In this document: piece by piece, positions 9,397-17,988 of the stretch
Position numbering within the stretch: position 1 is the first letter of the stretch
Layout: every line of letters starts with the position of its first letter
Translations under genes and position numbers: made by a program
Origin: Thermoplasmata archaeon
Lineage (GTDB): Archaea; Thermoplasmatota; Thermoplasmata; Halarchaeoplasmatales; Halarchaeoplasmataceae
Length of the DNA stretch: 45,349 bases
NCBI GenBank assembly: GCA_019594025.1
Contig: JAFDUB010000002.1
Coordinates: 1 to 45,349, forward strand
Direction of reading: 5' to 3'
The notes under the pieces: model-generated
Told to the model about the DNA's origin: nothing
What the model saw: the letters and a program-made list of their open reading frames with translations, nothing else
Databases searched by the model: none

Positions 9397-10233
9397 TTAA
9401 GTGGAAAGCTCTATGTGTACCCTGGCTCGTGTAACGGTAAGGTCCGTTACATCTGGAAAATCAATCTCTATGTTGTTACCATCTACTATAAGACCGTCGA
9501 GTTCTAAAGTATCGTTAAACCATGTCCCCCAGGCACCCGGGTACGCTGTAATCATTTCAAAACTTACGTCGGTAACATTGGAATATGTTCTCCTGGTAGA
9601 GCCCCACAGTTCCGTTGTAATACCGACTACACCGGAACCGCCTGCTGATTCTCGGCGGGATGAGCTAATATCTATCAAAGTAAGAGAGATTGAATACGCC
9701 CCATCATACTCATCTATACGTATATGTGGTGGAGCTCTTAGAACTGCACCCTGGGGTTGTTCAAGGATTATAGCACCGTGTTCGTAAGCGATCGTCTGCT
9801 CTTCGAAGTAGCGGTTAAGGACCTGTAAGGATACGTTACCTTGACCTTCGTAACTTCTTTGAGTAGCTCCATCAAAAAAGGTAACATCAAAGCCACCCCA
9901 CCTAGGAGTCGATCTGATAACCCCTGGTGTCTGACTCGCAAACATCGGTACCCCCTCTGAACCTAAACGCATGGTTGAATATAGAGGATAATCTGTATAA
10001 TCATTCATGATTAGATTATCTATGTTCCCTTTTAGATAAGAAAAATGCTGCATCGCCTCTTCCGAATGATATGCTTCGTTGTCCTCCATCCATACCGGAA
10101 CATACTGTTGGGTAATCAATGAAAGCAGGCTAAGGAACACCAACAATGCCATTATGGTACCAACGGTGGTAGCTACACCTTCATTTGATTCTTTTAGTGC
10201 ACTTCTTTTAGGTACTCGTTTCAATCTTTTCAT
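9397..10233 (-). CDS. Pilin-like / FlaF-FlaG-like protein with a class III (type IV prepilin-like) N-terminus
   Basis: 278 aa. A charged leader MKRLKRVPKRSALKESNEG is followed by the hydrophobic helix VATTVGTIMALLVFLSLLSLI, which is the archaeal pilin_N pattern. A ~220-aa beta-rich domain follows. Its start overlaps the upstream ATPase stop (ATGA). Confidence 0.6.
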   Translation of the reverse strand: MKRLKRVPKRSALKESNEGVATTVGTIMALLVFLSLLSLITQQYVPVWMEDNEAYHSEEAMQHFSYLKGNIDNLIMNDYTDYPLYSTMRLGSEGVPMFASQTPGVIRSTPRWGGFDVTFFDGATQRSYEGQGNVSLQVLNRYFEEQTIAYEHGAIILEQPQGAVLRAPPHIRIDEYDGAYSISLTLIDISSSRRESAGGSGVVGITTELWGSTRRTYSNVTDVSFEMITAYPGAWGTWFNDTLELDGLIVDGNNIEIDFPDVTDLTVTRARVHIELST

Positions 10234-11879
10234 CTAGAACCCTCCTCTTCCATAAATTCCCGAACCATATCCATTACGGATTTTTTGTCCCTATAGTAGG
10301 AAGCCGTTATATGGGCAAAGTCACGATAGTTCATGATGTCCTTTTTATCCATATAATCTAAAACCATCTTACGACGTTTAACTTCCTTCTCCATCTCACG
10401 GGAGGTCCAATTCTTTTCCTGTGCCACACGGCTGTAAACATAGCTGTGTCCGCTGTAATTAAAAGAATCATCAGCGGGATTCCATGTGTAGGCCTTATTG
10501 GTGATCAATTCATCAGTATCCGGATCTACCCCGACTACCTCTGTTATAGCTTTTATTCTCCTTACCATCTTGGTACCGACCTTGACTTTCCCCTGCAAAA
10601 GCACGATGTCCAAAGCACCTACCAATGCCCTAGGTAGATTGATTGGATCGTTTTCCATCCTATTTACCATGGTCTGAACATCGTCGGCGTGGAAAGTGGT
10701 GTAAGCACTTTTTCCTGTAGCCATCGCCTGGAAAACAACGTAGGCCTCGGCCCCTCTAACCTCTCCTACCATGAGATACTGAGGACGCTGACGCAGTGCG
10801 GCCTGAAGTAACTCAAACATGTCGATCTCGCCGGCCTTCTTACCAGTCTCATCGGTCTCACCGAAACCACTACGGGTCAACAACGGTACCCAATTGTCAT
10901 GGGGAAGGTTCAATTCACGTGTATCTTCAATACTCACTATTTTCATCTGAGGAGGTATGAACAACAATATCGCATTGAGCGTCGTCGTTTTACCTGATGC
11001 CGTACCCCCACATATCAACATCGATTGGCCGGTTTCGATGGCAATCCATGCATAGGCCATCATCTCTGGATTGAAGGTTTTAAAATCTATTAGGTTGATT
11101 GGTGTATAGGGCTCCTCCTCGAAACGTCTTATTGTGAAAGAAGAGCCTTTCTGAGTCACATGTGTACCAAGGGTTTCTTGAAGTCTGGAGCCGTCAGGCA
11201 TGGTAGCATCGAGCATCGGATCCGCTACGGATATGTGTTTACCGCTACGCTGGGCTATCCACACAACGAAATTATCCAGTTCTGATGCATCCTCAAAAAT
11301 CACGTTGGATTTCATGGAACCGTACTTACGGTGAAAAACGAATATAGGAATCCCTACGCCGTCGCAGGAGATATCTTCCGGGTCTAAATCGTTCATTATT
11401 ACATCGATTGGGCCGTAGCCGAGGAAATCTCTTTTTATGTAATACTGGATTCTGTTCTCAGAAACAGGTCGGAGTTTGATATCCATATCGTTTAATATAG
11501 TGCGAACCTTTTTTTCTAGATGATCCTCCCGCCCCTTATCACCTTCTATTTTTACCAACTCAAATTCATCGATTATGCGGTTTTTTACAGTTTCTAATAG
11601 TGCCTCTTCGTCCTCATCAAGATCTGGTTCGATGACCTCGTAAATGTACTCGTTGCTTTTATTATCATAGCGTATACGCACGTAGGAATAAGGTTTTTCA
11701 ATAGGTGTTATCTCTATTTCTTTGACACTCTCTTCGACTATCTTTGGGATGGTAGTTATCGAGTCGCTTTTTGAACCTTTCTTTCCACCGGCCGGCATAT
11801 AAACCCTTTTAGGCTTATCGGTAACCCCTATCATCTTGAGTTTCTCTTTTATCTTATCTCCTATAGCAGCCATGTTCAT
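10230..11879 (-). CDS. Type IV filament assembly ATPase (ArlI/FlaI-PilB-TadA superfamily), copy 2
   Basis: 549 aa. Walker A GGTASGKTTTLNA, Asp box/Walker B IVSIEDTRELNL, GEVRGAEA and the His box TTFHADD are present. The FlaI-like N-terminal domain reads YSYVRIRYDNKSNEYIYEVIEP. Confidence 0.9.
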   Translation of the reverse strand: MNMAAIGDKIKEKLKMIGVTDKPKRVYMPAGGKKGSKSDSITTIPKIVEESVKEIEITPIEKPYSYVRIRYDNKSNEYIYEVIEPDLDEDEEALLETVKNRIIDEFELVKIEGDKGREDHLEKKVRTILNDMDIKLRPVSENRIQYYIKRDFLGYGPIDVIMNDLDPEDISCDGVGIPIFVFHRKYGSMKSNVIFEDASELDNFVVWIAQRSGKHISVADPMLDATMPDGSRLQETLGTHVTQKGSSFTIRRFEEEPYTPINLIDFKTFNPEMMAYAWIAIETGQSMLICGGTASGKTTTLNAILLFIPPQMKIVSIEDTRELNLPHDNWVPLLTRSGFGETDETGKKAGEIDMFELLQAALRQRPQYLMVGEVRGAEAYVVFQAMATGKSAYTTFHADDVQTMVNRMENDPINLPRALVGALDIVLLQGKVKVGTKMVRRIKAITEVVGVDPDTDELITNKAYTWNPADDSFNYSGHSYVYSRVAQEKNWTSREMEKEVKRRKMVLDYMDKKDIMNYRDFAHITASYYRDKKSVMDMVREFMEEEGSR

Positions 11880-12803
11880 TCACCTCATGAGGTTTAATCC
11901 TCCAAATAATATCCGAAGGGCGACAAAACCCATCAACGTTAGAATGAAACTGTGCTGCATACCGCTGGCTAGCTTACCTGTCTGTAACACCCCCGCAACA
12001 ATACCGTCACCTATGCCGTGGGCGAACACTGCAAGTACGAATATGAATTCGATGACAGGTATATTCTCTGTTCTTATTTCCGCTGCCCCTGCTCCCCCTA
12101 CGGGTGTATCGACATCATCGGTTTCCATGCCACCTCCGGCCTCTGCCATCTGTGCAAGAAATTGTGTGCTTAGGATGATAATAACGACGATAAAAACTGC
12201 GAAGGAGATGTAGATTACAGCGAGATAAGAAGTCATGGCAATCTTCTGTTCATCTTCAGATAGATGCACTTGTTTGGTATCCTGAGACACCATACTTAAA
12301 ACATCAGCCACGTTACCACCGGCATCGTTTGCTTTGATGATGATAGCTACAACCCTGTTCACAAGTGGTGTGTCGACCCGTTCCGAAAAGAGATTTAGAG
12401 CCTCAGCAGCGGGAACCCCCCAATCGATTTGTGCGGCCATTTTGTTGATCTCTGGTGTTAATTTACCGTATCTGCCCGATGCGGAAACCACTATAGCGTC
12501 TGCTAGTGTCATTCCGAACCTTCCGGCCTCCGCCACATCACGAAGGAAATCGGGCAAGCGCCTTTCGATCCTATCGATCTCCTTCTGTTTTTTATTTATA
12601 TAAAAACCGGTGGGGCCGAGGAAAAGTATCGATCCGATCATGGCCCAATCGATGGGGTCTAGAGGAATAGGTGCGGCATCTATGGCGTTCAGAACCATTA
12701 TAAAAAAAGCAGCGGCTGATATGACCGCGGAAAACATTATTACTTCCTTGGTCCTGCCGAGCTTCAACATTTTTTGTAATTGACTTTCTTCTTCGTATGG
12801 CAT
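11880..12803 (-). CDS. Type IV filament platform protein with a single T2SSF domain (TadC/EpdK-like, equivalent to the C-terminal half of ArlJ/PilC)
   Basis: 307 aa. An N-terminal TM pair is followed by a cytoplasmic T2SSF helical bundle (LPDFLRDVAEAGRFGMTLADAI..LVNRVVAIIIKANDAGGNVADVL) and C-terminal TM helices. The stop is immediately followed by the start of ATPase copy 2 (TGAATG). Confidence 0.8.
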   Translation of the reverse strand: MPYEEESQLQKMLKLGRTKEVIMFSAVISAAAFFIMVLNAIDAAPIPLDPIDWAMIGSILFLGPTGFYINKKQKEIDRIERRLPDFLRDVAEAGRFGMTLADAIVVSASGRYGKLTPEINKMAAQIDWGVPAAEALNLFSERVDTPLVNRVVAIIIKANDAGGNVADVLSMVSQDTKQVHLSEDEQKIAMTSYLAVIYISFAVFIVVIIILSTQFLAQMAEAGGGMETDDVDTPVGGAGAAEIRTENIPVIEFIFVLAVFAHGIGDGIVAGVLQTGKLASGMQHSFILTLMGFVALRILFGGLNLMR

Positions 12804-12810
12804 ATTTTCA

Positions 12811-13836
12811 CTAATCCTGGTTTATCAACCATATAATAAATATGAACCCTGCCTGGGCTCCGGGTATCATTATACCCACTATAGCGTAAAGGAAAGGTAT
12901 CGGATCTCCCGCGCCCATTCCCCCCATCAGGGCCATAATGGCCATTATGACCACAAGGAAAAGGGGAAATGCTACAACGACGGTTACAAAGGATTCCGCC
13001 ATCATACCCAGGGTTTCCATCTTCTGTTGGACTATAAGTTTACGGTTGTCCTGGTACTCCTTTAATTTAGATGTAAAGTATGGTTTCAATTTACCACCAG
13101 AACTTGAGGTGGTAATCACACCTTGTAAGAAGTCCCGGAAAGCTTCGGAAGGAGTTCTATCGGCGGCCCGTTGTAAGGCATTCAATATATCTATTCCCAA
13201 AAGTTCTGTATCCCTAGTTATCCATTCCGCTTCCTCCCTAACCTCTCCATAAAGAGGTTGTTTTGAAAGTTCTTTGAATATTAAATCAACATTTACATCC
13301 GCGGAAGACATGGCCGCGATAAAGCTCATGGCGTCGGGTAACTTTTTATCTATTTTTTTGGCACGTGAACTAGCTTTCATGTTCGGACTAAATTTCAAAC
13401 CGAAATAAGTACCGACCGGGGTAAGAACCGCCACAAGAATTCCCGATCCATAAAGGAATAATCCACCGCCAAGAAAGACGTCAAGGACCGGGCCTATAAA
13501 TATACCTGCGATTACCCCTACTACCATGGCAATGATCGTACTCATCCAAACATAGGATAAATACTCCTCTGACCTAATCTTCATATGGGCCTCCAGAAGG
13601 TCTTGTTCCAATTGTTCATCTTGTAGATTCTTACTCTTTACTATCGGACCCATTATATGCCAACAAAATTGTTTATAAGGAGATAAACGCAGGTACTCAG
13701 GCACCGCTGATTTGGGAAGTCTTACCAAATGAGGACCATAAGTTTCTATTCGATCACTTGGTTTAGCACGTTTTGTGGATATGAACTTATCTTTTTTGAA
13801 TCGTAATTTCTCAAAGGTATCCTCTATCTCAACCAT
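12811..13836 (-). CDS. Type IV filament platform protein with a single T2SSF domain (TadB/EpdJ-like, equivalent to the N-terminal half of ArlJ/PilC)
   Basis: 341 aa. TM helices flank a T2SSF-like bundle (LPDAMSFIAAMSSADVNVDLIFKEL..FRDFLQGVITTSSSGGKLKPYF). The start overlaps the ATPase copy 1 stop (TGATG). Confidence 0.8.
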   Translation of the reverse strand: MVEIEDTFEKLRFKKDKFISTKRAKPSDRIETYGPHLVRLPKSAVPEYLRLSPYKQFCWHIMGPIVKSKNLQDEQLEQDLLEAHMKIRSEEYLSYVWMSTIIAMVVGVIAGIFIGPVLDVFLGGGLFLYGSGILVAVLTPVGTYFGLKFSPNMKASSRAKKIDKKLPDAMSFIAAMSSADVNVDLIFKELSKQPLYGEVREEAEWITRDTELLGIDILNALQRAADRTPSEAFRDFLQGVITTSSSGGKLKPYFTSKLKEYQDNRKLIVQQKMETLGMMAESFVTVVVAFPLFLVVIMAIMALMGGMGAGDPIPFLYAIVGIMIPGAQAGFIFIIWLINQD

Positions 13837-15527
13837 CAGACCTCACCCCTTATAAGAGCTAGAGTCTCCTCTGGTTCTTTGTAATATGATGTCACTATTT
13901 TCGATATCTGTTTATAATCTATGTCCTCCTGTTCCACAAGATGCTCTACGATCTCAACTCTGTTGTTGAACTCGTTGTTCATCTCCTCCTGGGTCATGTT
14001 CTTCATTTCCATAATGATATCCTGATTGTAACTGTGTCCTTTATAAATGAAACTGTCGGATTTTCGGTCCCAATCGAAGACAGTATTTGTGACCAATTCG
14101 TCACTTTCTGGTTCAAACCCAACCAACTCGGTTATCTCCTGTATACGCCTTACCTCCTCGTCCTGTACCCTCGCAAAAGTCTGAATTATCACGAACGAAA
14201 GTGCAGTTAAAAGAACTCGGGGACAGCTGATAGGTGGATTTTCTAATCTGTGAACCATGGATTCAACTGAATCAGCGTGCATGGTACTGTAAGTGGTGTG
14301 ACCGGTTGCCATAGCCTGGAACATGGTATTTGCCTCTTTACCTCGCACCTCACCCACGATGATATAATCGGGCCGCTGTCTTAAAGCGTTTCTCACCAAA
14401 TCGTACATGTTGACCTCTCCAGCCGCCCTACCTCCACTCTTCTTCTCCCCACTACCGGTACGGGTAGTACTCGGTATCCAATTTTCGTGAGGGAGGTTTA
14501 TCTCACGAGTGTCTTCCAAAGAGACTATCTTTAAACCTGGTGGGATGAACAGCGTAGCTGCGTTAAGGGTTGCAGTCTTACCGCAAGCCGTACCCCCGGC
14601 AACAATCATAGACATACCGTTTTCAACCATAAGCCACATATAAGCAATCATCTCAGGAGAAGCTGTATTGTATTGTATCAGTTTTACAGGTGTAAATGGT
14701 TCTTCCTTGAATCGTCGTATAGTTATAGAGGAACCACGGGTGGATATCTCGTTGGCATAGGTGGCTTGTACCCTATGCCCCCCTCTTGTGGTTCCATCGA
14801 GGATTGGGTTAGAAACAGATACTTGTTTTCCACATCTCTGGCCTAGTTGAATTATAAAGGAGTTTAACACCTTTTCATCTTCGAATTTAACATCGGTTCT
14901 GATGGATTCGTATTTCGTGTGATAGATAAAAAGAGGTGTGTCCACACCATCACAGGATATATCCTCAACCATATCGTCACTCATGATTACATCTATAGGT
15001 CCGTATCTAACGTAATCTCTGAGTATGTAATATATCAAACGTTTTTTAGATTTCTCCTCGATATTCAAGCTTCTGCTTCGGATGTAACTCTCGACACACT
15101 CTTCGATATACTCTTCCTTATCTTTACGGGCCATATGTTCCCAATCGTAGGAGAGTGTGCGGTCAAGTGTGTCTTTGATTAGAGAAAGCCATCCTTCTTC
15201 CTTTGGGGTTAAACTCGGTTCGATCGCCTGATATATATACTCCTTTGTATTATCGTCATATATTATCCTAACATAACTGAAGGGGGGATGGATCTTAAAT
15301 ATGTCCTTCACCGTAATATTTTCGCGGTCTGTCTCTGGTAGCCGGGTATATTCGGATATCCATCCTCCAGAACCCGCTTTGACCCTGTCTCTGTTTTTAA
15401 AATCTTCTTTGGATAACGTAACCCTTCTTGGTTTATGAGAAAATCCCAAAGGAGACGTAACCAAATTTGAAAGTTTGGTTAAGATATTGCTCTTCTTTTT
15501 CGAAGTGGTTTTCCCTGTTTGAGCCAT
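13836..15527 (-). CDS. Type IV filament assembly ATPase (ArlI/FlaI-PilB-TadA superfamily), copy 1
   Basis: 563 aa and paralogous to 10230-11879. It carries FSYVRIIYDDNTKEYIYQAIEP, Walker A GGTACGKTATLNA, IVSLEDTREINL, GEVRGKEA and the His box STMHADS. All catalytic motifs are intact. Confidence 0.9.
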   Translation of the reverse strand: MAQTGKTTSKKKSNILTKLSNLVTSPLGFSHKPRRVTLSKEDFKNRDRVKAGSGGWISEYTRLPETDRENITVKDIFKIHPPFSYVRIIYDDNTKEYIYQAIEPSLTPKEEGWLSLIKDTLDRTLSYDWEHMARKDKEEYIEECVESYIRSRSLNIEEKSKKRLIYYILRDYVRYGPIDVIMSDDMVEDISCDGVDTPLFIYHTKYESIRTDVKFEDEKVLNSFIIQLGQRCGKQVSVSNPILDGTTRGGHRVQATYANEISTRGSSITIRRFKEEPFTPVKLIQYNTASPEMIAYMWLMVENGMSMIVAGGTACGKTATLNAATLFIPPGLKIVSLEDTREINLPHENWIPSTTRTGSGEKKSGGRAAGEVNMYDLVRNALRQRPDYIIVGEVRGKEANTMFQAMATGHTTYSTMHADSVESMVHRLENPPISCPRVLLTALSFVIIQTFARVQDEEVRRIQEITELVGFEPESDELVTNTVFDWDRKSDSFIYKGHSYNQDIIMEMKNMTQEEMNNEFNNRVEIVEHLVEQEDIDYKQISKIVTSYYKEPEETLALIRGEV

Positions 15528-15640
15528 ATAACATCACATACCTAGTATACCTAATTAACGTTTCTGTCGCTTACCTCGAAGAGGAGCGATGTTTGATTTT
15601 CACCTTTGAGAATGCATTAAATGCTATTTATAGGTGTTGG

Positions 15641-16201
15641 TTATTTTGCCTTTATCCAAGCTGACAACATCTTCTCACTATCGTCAGGCCCTCTCGCGTA
15701 TAATATATCCCCGGCACTTATAGTTGTTCCTTCGTCCGGACCGTATATCCAATCATTTCCTCTTCTTATAGCTATAACCCAAACACCGGTTTCTGTAGCG
15801 AGTTTAACATCACCTAGGGTCCTCCCATGAAGTGTCGAGCCGCTCTCGACTCTGTGCTTTAAAATAACTATGTCAGATTCATCCAAGCTCTTTCTAACAA
15901 CGGGATGGAGATCAATGTCTCGAAGCACTACATCCGCAATATCTAGAGCACCATCGGCGATCCTCTCAATGGAATCAGATATCCTCATGAGTATCAAACT
16001 TCTATCAAATGATTTATTGTCTTTGCAACCACCTAGTGCCGAGCGTATGAGGATCTCATGAAGTTTATCCACCCTGTCTTCAAGTTCGATAACTTCTTTT
16101 GCGATTTCTTTATTTTGATATATCAAGGCGGAGTATGCAAGGTCCAGCATAAGCTCTGACGTATTTTTCATCTCCAGAAGCACTCTATCCTCTTTGTTCA
16201 T
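15641..16201 (-). CDS. PhoU-like + TrkA-C (RCK_C) domain regulatory protein
   Basis: 186 aa. An N-terminal PhoU-like helical bundle carries SDSIERIADGALDIADV. The C-terminal RCK_C part reads GSTLHGRTLGDVKLATETGVWVIAIRRGNDWIYGPDEGTTISAGDILYARG. Confidence 0.75.
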   Translation of the reverse strand: MNKEDRVLLEMKNTSELMLDLAYSALIYQNKEIAKEVIELEDRVDKLHEILIRSALGGCKDNKSFDRSLILMRISDSIERIADGALDIADVVLRDIDLHPVVRKSLDESDIVILKHRVESGSTLHGRTLGDVKLATETGVWVIAIRRGNDWIYGPDEGTTISAGDILYARGPDDSEKMLSAWIKAK

Positions 16202-16857
16202 CTTATCACCTCGGACCAGGACATCTCCGCGTGGGCGACCTCTCTTACCTCTCTGTAACCTGATTCAACACCTCTTACTATCATAAGATCATTTTGCAAC
16301 AAACGTGTGTTCGCGTCGGGACCGAATATCCATCTGTTTTTCCTCCTGACCGCTATCACTCGGATACCGGTATAGGATTCGAGCATTAGTTGGCCTATGG
16401 TTTTACCGGCCATTTCGGAACCGGAGTATATAGAGACGGTGTGTATCTTTTCGTCGGCTTCAGAGAGTATATGAGGTAAAATCGCCCTCAGGTCTAGGTC
16501 CATGTCCAGAAGTTTTACCATGTCTTCGGCGGCGTCCGATATCTTCTCAGTGGCCGACGCCACCTGAAGAATACCTGTCATCTGTTCTGCATCATCCATG
16601 GACCGTGCACCGAGCATGCATTTCAAACGAATCTGGTACATCATCTTGTCCATCTCAGATTCAAGATGCCTGACTTCTTCAGCCAGTTCTCTGTTCTCAA
16701 AGGCTGCAGCCGCATAGGCTAAGTCCGTTATCAACTCGGTGGTATCCTTCATTAGAGTAAGGAGTTCCCTCACCGATGTTTGTTCATAGGGGATCTCCCC
16801 ATGCTCTTCTTCTAATTCTTTCTCTAACCTTGCTCTTCTCAAACTATCACCAACCAA
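16198..16857 (-). CDS. PhoU-like + TrkA-C (RCK_C) domain regulatory protein (paralog)
   Basis: 219 aa with the same architecture (TEKISDAAEDMVKLL; GKTIGQLMLESYTGIRVIAVRRKNRWIFGPDANTRLLQNDLMIVRG). The track start is TTG at 16857. An alternative TTG at 16842 overlaps the upstream stop. There is no ATG before MKDT, so the start is uncertain. Confidence 0.7.
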   Translation of the reverse strand: MVGDSLRRARLEKELEEEHGEIPYEQTSVRELLTLMKDTTELITDLAYAAAAFENRELAEEVRHLESEMDKMMYQIRLKCMLGARSMDDAEQMTGILQVASATEKISDAAEDMVKLLDMDLDLRAILPHILSEADEKIHTVSIYSGSEMAGKTIGQLMLESYTGIRVIAVRRKNRWIFGPDANTRLLQNDLMIVRGVESGYREVREVAHAEMSWSEVIR

Positions 16858-17390
16858 ATCATGAACACCAGCGCGACTATGCCTATGAAGTCACATGCGG
16901 TGGTCACTATAGGGATAACTATGTTATCCGGATCGAGATTAACTTTGTAAGAATATAAAGTAGTGAAGACGGTTATAAAGGTAATGGAAACCGTGGTTAT
17001 TGCACCGGCACCCAAAATAATATACAACAGCTGTAAGAAGGTGAGGCCTAAAGGAAGTGTGAGGCTTGACAATGAAACCCCCAGCGCAAGTCCGCCAAAT
17101 ACAAAAACACCCATTAGAAGGGTGATCAGTAAGTTATCTTTCACCTCGTCGTCAAACATATCCGATTCGATGTATCCGGTGTGTAAGCCTGAAGATAACC
17201 TGGCACCCAGCACCGCACCTAGATTACCACCAACACCGTTTAAAATAGGCACCAGGAATAAGAGTACGGGAAACAAGATCAGCTCTTCTTCGATTGATTC
17301 TAAGACATGACCGCCGGCTATACCTATGAAGGCCATCAAAGCCAAGAGTCCGGCACTTTCTTTGAATATGTTCTTCCAGTGATACCTCAT
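16839..17390 (-). CDS. MgtE-like divalent cation transporter, TM domain only
   Basis: 183 aa with 5 predicted TM helices. MgtE/SLC41-type signatures are LNGVGGNLGAVLGARLSS and IVIPIVTTACDFIGI. The N-terminal and CBS domains of bacterial MgtE are absent. Confidence 0.8.
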   Translation of the reverse strand: MRYHWKNIFKESAGLLALMAFIGIAGGHVLESIEEELILFPVLLFLVPILNGVGGNLGAVLGARLSSGLHTGYIESDMFDDEVKDNLLITLLMGVFVFGGLALGVSLSSLTLPLGLTFLQLLYIILGAGAITTVSITFITVFTTLYSYKVNLDPDNIVIPIVTTACDFIGIVALVFMIWLVIV

Positions 17391-17950
17391 AATAACAAAC
17401 CTCCGAATAGCACCGCATATCCGAACATTATGATCAAAGTCGCTATATCCCCTACGGTGGTCAATACAGGTCCACTGATGTTGTCCGGGTCGATCTTAAA
17501 TTTGATGGAGAACCAGATTATGGCGAAGGTAACCAGTAGAAGGACTATAGCGGAGGTAACACCGGTCGTCACCGATATCAAAGCGATAACCACTAGGATC
17601 CTAAAAGTGATCGTAAAGGGTAAAAAAAGACTGGTCAGCAGAAGGAAAACCGGGAAAAGGACGGAAACGAATAGGCTTAGCGACATCGTCCCTTTGAAGT
17701 TTTCATAGGTAACGTCAGACGTTAGACCTCCATCCAAAAGACCGAGATGCATGGCGGAGCCCAAACGGGACCCTAGTGCGGAACATATATTCCCCCTCAT
17801 GTCGATTATGGCTGGAACTATGATTATAAGGCCCGGTATGAGTTCGAAGATCTCGGCCATACTTCCAAGAAAGTAACCGGCTAAACTTCCCCCTAACACA
17901 CAAAGAAATAGGACCGGGAGTGTTTCAACCAGTACTTTCTTTCGATTCAT
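17387..17950 (-). CDS. MgtE-like divalent cation transporter, TM domain only (paralog)
   Basis: About 187 aa from the ATG at 17950 (track start TTG 17956). Signatures are IIDMRGNICSALGSRLGS and ISGPVLTTVGDIATL. It overlaps the next gene by ATGA. Confidence 0.8.
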   Translation of the reverse strand: MNRKKVLVETLPVLFLCVLGGSLAGYFLGSMAEIFELIPGLIIIVPAIIDMRGNICSALGSRLGSAMHLGLLDGGLTSDVTYENFKGTMSLSLFVSVLFPVFLLLTSLFLPFTITFRILVVIALISVTTGVTSAIVLLLVTFAIIWFSIKFKIDPDNISGPVLTTVGDIATLIIMFGYAVLFGGLLL

Positions 17951-17988
17951 GAGCAAACATATAAAATAGTACTAAAAAAGTTTGTGGG

